Source: Raillietiella orientalis (lineage: Eukaryota). Taken from it: a stretch of 64,000 bases of DNA. The stretch's first letter is position 1. Each line of letters begins with the position of its first letter. The position numbers and the translations under genes were made by a program. The stretch lies in the NCBI GenBank assembly GCA_036172245.1, contig JAYWIR010000027.1:1736001-1800000 (forward strand). Reading direction: 5' to 3'. The notes beneath the pieces were generated by a model. It saw only the letters and a program-made list of their open reading frames with translations, did no database searches and had not been told where the DNA came from. Positions 57,850 through 64,000 of the stretch are shown here, piece by piece.

Positions 57850-60800
57850 TCAACCAGGTAAAGCAGGGTGACCACGAGAGTTGGAATTCGATCACAGATC
57901 GCTTGTTATCCTTTCGATTTCACATGCAGTTTTCACATGGCTTTGTGCCTTCTTTTTTTTGAACCTGCTATTCTGCGCAATTTTCGGTGATCAAATAGGA
58001 CAGCCGAACACTGCATTGGGATTGCAAGCCGCTTTTTCACATTCGATCGCTTTTCCCATTTGAAGCTTTCAAGGGTTCGACCTCCTCCTGCTGATTTTGC
58101 CATAGCCTTCCGTTCTAAGGTTCCTCTGGTCAACAAACCTATATCGCTTTCCTCACTTTGAAATAGATAAACTGTCTGTCTGCATTTAATCTCTTCAACT
58201 TATTAATCTTCTCAATCTCAGTTAGTTCCTTAATGTCTTGCTTTTGTAATTTTTCTCTAAAAAGATTTCGCCCGTTTCTATAAGGGAATGGTGAAAATCT
58301 TTTTTATGTTTTCATCATTTATTTCGGGAAAAAAACGAAAATTAGTGGCTCGAGTTGATTACAATATTCTTAAGATATCAGCTTGGATTGTTTGTTTAGG
58401 GTAAAGTTACCAGGATTAGCTGTCCAACACCGGTCAGTTAGCTAAAAATTAAAAAAAAATATGTGAACATTTCTGAAAATTTCTTCCGCAATTGTCTCTT
58501 AATTTAAGCAATTGTTTTACTGCCAAGTATTATAACAATTTTCCAGAAATGCTGCCAATCTGTTCTTTTCAACTATCCGCTTCATACTTATTGTTCATTT
58601 ATTCTCAAATGGGAAGAGATTTAGAAGTACTCTAAAATCTGCTTTTCTTCGATATCCCTCTCTTCGGTTCCGACTCTGTTTTAGGCATGCGTTTGTTTCA
58701 ACACAGCTGGCTTAACGGACCTGATGTGGTGTACACACTTAGAACCGCGATGTCGAATTTGCCCAGATTTGCAACACTTTTTGCAAGGGTACTTAAAATT
58801 CAAGCCTTGTGATTATAATTTTTTTCTCTAGCGAAGTTACCTTCTTGAGCCAAAGTGTTTTTAGAGTCAGTGTATTGGGGTAATACTGTCTGAAAACTCT
58901 GGTGATGACGGCCTCTACATTCGACTGCAGAATACAAGATGCTTTCTTCAGTTCACTATATTTTTTCGAAAACTCCTTCAATCAAATGTAAAACGTGTTC
59001 GATTTTCGCTCGAAATACGGCTTCCCACTAAGTTGCATTACAAAGATCAGCTTTCATCAAATACTGGGTAGGCATACCTCGAAGGAAGGACAGTATATAG
59101 AAGCAGACTACTGGTATTCGTATCAAAGTAACCGATTTGTCATCGTCTTGGTTTAATAAACCATCCTGAAACTCTTCCTCGCTACTTTGTTTCTTTTTAG
59201 AGTTGATGTCCTCTATGGAGCTTCTATGCTGTTCTTAAGATGCATGTTTCTACGATGTTTGTGTTTCTTAGTCTACGGCAATTCCTAGCAGGGTCTAGTT
59301 GGAAGCATAGGGGCACCCCGAGGTCACCGGGGCCACTTATTAAGCTTGCTATTAGGCCAGAGACCTTTGAAAGGAGTTGACGCTAATGGAGTCCTCTGTT
59401 TGAAGCGAACTTGGTTTTCGTGATCAGTTCTGCTTTCCTAGAAATCTTATTCGATTTTCCACGAAATGCTGCTAAGGTGATGCAAGAAATTCAGGAGGAA
59501 GATGTGTTCAAAAGAAGAGATCCAAGAAAGAGACTCTGGACTGTTCTGCTGCACAACCTACGGGATGCATTATACCTCAACAAGGCAAGATTCTGCTGTT
59601 CCTCCAGAAAATGGGAGAATGAAGGTCTTCCTCTTCTTTTCGCCTTTCGGACGTACTTTCTTTTTCTGATTTCTCTGAGGTCACTGAAACCACCGATGAG
59701 ACCAGAGCATCTCATCGGTGACTGTCTCTGATTTGTCTTCCTTCTCTAAAGCACAGCAGTAGCCTCCAAACGCTAGCTGTTGAAACGTATCACTTGCAAC
59801 ACGAGGTTCCGTGAACTTTTTTTACCCGATTGCAGTACTCATGAAATGGCTACCACAGAGTATGGGCAAGATGTGTTCTCTGAGTTGCCACTTAAAGCAT
59901 CCCTTTTTCTTGAGAGCATGCTTAGATACACGTTAAAGAGTCAGGAGTGGGACGGTGGCATCGTAGAGGGAATGTACTCGTGAAGAATCGCTCTCCTCCA
60001 ATTGTAGCCAAGCGTGTGCCCCCAAAATTGCCACCAGGACGCGCTGCTTGATTGCTGCTCGATTTAGAAGATGTAGAATCCGTGTGCTTCCTTTCCAGCC
60101 ATAGTCTTATCGGCAACAAATCTCAAAACCCTTCCCTCTACACAGCAACGACCTGACTCCCAAAGAACCGCTTGCACCTTCCGAGCTCAGCCGTTCTTGT
60201 GAAGCACAGCTTTCGTCTTGTTTCATCAGATTTCCCAGTGTTTCCCGTGTTTCGAACGCTCCACAGCGCAGACGCACCTTCGATTCTATGATCGAATCAG
60301 CCTGGCATCCCTGCGCTTTCACCGCTTGGGAGCGCCAAGCGTGCCTCGTGCCGCGAAAGCGCCAACCCGCTGCGGTCTGCTGCTGCTGCATCTTTCCGTG
60401 GTCACTAACGTGCGAGGGTCCCTGGCTTCTTGCAAGAGACACTTGAGTGCCCTGTTAACATTACGCATTTGTGTATAAAATCATATGCATTGTTGATTTC
60501 ATTTAATGGAACAGACGCATGCATATAATGAATATAATGAATGCGATCGATAAATTGTCGTTGAACCGAGTATTCCCACTTACGTTACTCCTGACGTCCT
60601 GCATGCGTTTGTAGCTGCATCTCCGGAAGGAAAGTTCACGTGTGTTCGGATTTGGGAATACCGCAAGTGTGCAAAACCAATACACATATTGTTTTCTGCG
60701 GTGCGGTAATACATTACCATGCGGCAGGACCCAATTCATACTGAGGAATGAGTATCGTAAACGTAGATGAGAGTCCTTTGGTAATGACTGTTGAACACTG

Positions 60801-62600
60801 AAACGAGGGCCACAGAGCAACAGCTGCGGATGGACGTGATTTTTGTGAATAAACAATCTCGGAGTGCCATTTCTGGAAATCAGGAGCGAGCGTGGGATGA
60901 AGCTCTGTAGAAGCGGCGTGTTTTCCGGGAACCTCGCGTCTTGCATCGCTTGTGTTGGGAACGAGTATCCACAATATCTTACGAATTGTCCGTGTTGTTT
61001 CTTTCTTTCTTAATAGTAGGTGCCGGATCACCTTCACTATCAGTATTGGGTCTTTCCGGCTCCGAATGCGTTTGCCAACGGCTACGCGGAATACCAGATG
61101 TGCTTTCTCAGGAGGCACCCCCCATTCCCCTTCTTCGGGCACCACATCTGCAGACTGGACAATGTTGTTGACCTCTTCCTGCAGAGACTCACCGTTCCGC
61201 GCGCCCCAGGCTTCCAGGGATCCCAGGGCAAGAGCCTGCAGCGAAGCGGGGGCCGACCTGGGGGGGAAGGAGAGGCAGCTGTTCGCCTTCCCCCTCTTCT
61301 CAGTGTCTCCAGGGCTCTTGCAGGTGCAGAGGATGTCGGGCACGATGACGATCGCCTCCACACTCACCCCTGTTCGCTTTGGAGCACCGGGTGAGGTCGG
61401 CGCCTCGAACGGAGTGCCCGACACGGGTTGGTTGGACGAGGTCACCGGCTACCATCGTTTTCCCTCCTGGACCGCTGGGTCCTGGCTCCCCTCTTGGCAA
61501 TGGGGTCGGAGTTCCCCACACGGAGAATGGGAACGGTTGTCGTTCACTCCTCGTCCACTTTGGTAATCGGGAACACAAGAGCAACGGAGTGGTTCGATCA
61601 GAGTGGCCAGGGGGGCTCCTCGCTACTATCTCCGGGTTCTTTAAGCCGGAAGAGGGCCGCGGTCCACGAGTTGCTGCTGCTTCCCGTTCGGCGGTGACCT
61701 CCCGGCTCAGGCGACGCCCATTTCCCTTCCGGCGATCCCCACAAGCAAAGACAGTGCCTGCGCATGGTCGCGTCGCTCCGTAGGAGACGTTCGCTGGCAC
61801 CCTCGGACCCACGCGGAGAAGCAGGGAGCAGCCTATCTCTCGAAGAGGTCCAGCCGTCCAGCCCGGAGACTTCCCAGTGCGTTCCCATCGCGGGTCCGGA
61901 GCATCTGGCAAGACTGTTGGGAGCTCCGCACGGACGGGAGAGCGAGGAGCTCCAAGTAGTCTTGCCAGATGCCCCGGATCACCCTACGGTAGCCGCTGGA
62001 TCCGGAGGCCGCCCCCGTCCTTGCAGTCTCCCTTCCACATTTCGGAGACAAACCTGGTGAGGGCAGGAGCAGCTCGATTGCTCCCCCCCAGAGAGGGCCA
62101 GTGATTAAAGGAGTAGGATGACACGGTTTCGGGCTGGCCACGAAGACACACGGCGAACGGGAACGGGAATAAGGGTGGGATGACCCCCCGGAGCAACAGG
62201 GCGGAAGACAAATCGGTCTCTCTATAGACGAGCGCCTGGTCAATTCCTGACCTGAAGCGTTCCGGGAGAGCTGGTCTTTGCTGAGACTTCCACCCTGAGG
62301 GAGCAGAGCCCTCGCTGCGCCTCACAAACCAGTTCACGGGTGGGAAACTACCAGGATTCCTGCAGACTTTGCACACCCCGCTCTCCAGCCCGCCGCAGGC
62401 GCCGGCTCACAGGGGCTCTCTGTGCCACTCTCCTTGCGAGGATGTCGTCGGAACTCATCCGCGCTAGGCGTCCGACCGACGGTGGCCATCCGCGACGCTC
62501 GGTTCCTGTCTTCTCGGCATTTCGCTTCGACCCCCGTGTGACCCAAAGCGCACCGGCGAATGCCGGAGGCCTCCCTTGGCTACGATTCAACGACCGAAGC
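57850..62600 (-). mobile_element. Decayed DIRS-like retrotransposon (gag-RT/RH-YR), approximate bounds
   Basis: RT N-terminal-like VPPEKAHLVF...DPILIVKVIR (~61120-61020). RT core-like SFIPRSLLISRNGTPRLFI...PQLLLCGPRFS and KQYVYWFCTL (ORF 60503-60946). GC-rich gag-like region 62600-61300. YR-like tail ~58150-57850. Confidence 0.55.
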
Positions 62601-63659
62601 GAAGATTTGCACCGCTGGGAGTTTTTCACCTCCCCCCTTTCGCCTGGAGAAGCTCCGGTTGTTTCTCGTTGCCTTAGCAATTCCGCTAGCTTTATGATGG
62701 GATTCGCCAGCTTGCAGCAGCAGCCGAGGAGCTGAACCACGCGGTTGCGTCACCACCATCCTTGTGAAGCGCCCAGCACGGTTACTGTGCGCCCCGACGC
62801 CCTGGGCTGCACGCTGAGAGTTGCGGTGCCAAGGCACTTCCCGCTGGCTTCAGCGGCTCGTTTTTGGCGCACGAGTCGACTTGTTTTCCGCGTGGCTTGT
62901 CGCGCGCAAGAGGCGCCAACGAGCTGCAGCGGCAGATGCCGTTGCGCGAGCTCCAGCGCAAGGACCTCGTTTGCATGGAGCAGGATGGGTGCAACGGTTT
63001 CGAAGGACCAAGCAAAGTTACCGTGGATCCCCCTGTGCTTCCGGTACCTGGTGCGGGGGCAATCCACTAAATGGATCTGCCAGCTGAGAATGCGAGAACA
63101 GAGTCGTGAAGGGGGAAGCAAGGAGCTTGCGGGTGGGACGGAAACGCGGTTCGCAAACAAATTCCACTTTGCAACCATTCAAGGGAGGATAAACCGAAAA
63201 ATGGAAGGAACGAGCCACCCTTGCGTGTCGATAGTGGGATCCACCCTTCCTCGAGAGGCGAGTGGTTACGGGAAGAGATAACGAAACGAGGTGACTGAGC
63301 GGGACAACTTGCTCCCGCGGGAAGTCCGAGGTGAAGAGGGAAAATAATCGCAAAAACGGGGGAAGACCGTCGGGAGGTGCACATCCGAGGTCGGGTCTCC
63401 TGCCACGGAGGGTGCCTTTCTCTGTTATATAATGCAGTGAGGAAAAAATCCCACGGAGCCTGCGGAAACTGGCCGTGCGGGAAAAGCTGCCTAAGGATTG
63501 CCATAGCAAAGGGAAACCGGGTTTCGGACCGGAGATCGAGGACCACTCCTGAGAGTGGAAGCAAGCAGCGGCCTGCAGTGCTCGCTGATAGCAAGAACAA
63601 AAAGGGACTACCAGAAGGCATGAACGGATCCTCCATCTTCGCTTCACCGTTGGAGAACA

Positions 63660-63945
63660 CGTCAACGGCGAATCGATTTATCACAGATGGAAACAGCGAA
63701 GATGAACCGATTGACCGAGGAAAGAAAAGTCTTCTTATGTTCTTCCGCTTCTGGACCTTGCCATCCACTGCTCAAACATGGAACACGAGGTGTTTCCTCG
63801 CCCGTTTGATAGGCATCACTTCTGATAAGCTGCGAAATAGCATCCAGTCCGCACACTTGCATCTGGGAGTGCCTATTCACAAAACAGAGAAACACCAGCT
63901 GGTTAGTGCTAGGAGGTATTTCCAGATGAGAATAACATAGCACTA
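63660..63945 (-). mobile_element. C-terminal tyrosine recombinase fragment of a further DIRS-like element extending past the window
   Basis: NQLVFLCFVN...LDAISQLIRSDAY resembles the YR C-terminal LF...(S/T)IS.WI...AY segment. Confidence 0.35.
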
Positions 63946-64000
63946 ATAATTAAAACAATTACGAAAAAGTGAAGAATAAGGGGAGCGGGGGGGAAGCTTC

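Overview
Intron-rich animal genomic DNA, probably an invertebrate or ecdysozoan, judging from a U2 fragment reading GATCAAAGTGTA and a retained U12-type intron. Four spliced protein-coding genes can be read directly. DNAJC2/zuotin is on + with its 5' end outside the window and a stop at 4945. MSH2 is on - (13452..4920). A KLF3/8/12-like Kruppel-like factor is on - (at least 31993/25731..19431). NAA20/NatB is on - (57780..55821). DNAJC2 and MSH2 are convergent and their coding sequences overlap by 26 bp. NAA20 has a 25-nt microexon followed by a U12-type GT-AG intron. Two spliceosomal snRNA copies (a near-complete U6 and a 5' U2 fragment) share one layout: direct repeat, about 30 nt of filler, snRNA, second repeat copy fused by microhomology. 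Most remaining GC-rich DNA looks like heavily decayed DIRS-type (tyrosine-recombinase) retrotransposons, recognised by eye from scattered gag, RT, RNase H, MT and YR motifs, so their boundaries are approximate. Most ORFs in the supplied track are spurious. The window is a mosaic of CpG-poor AT-rich and CpG-rich GC-rich domains, with switches inside genes.
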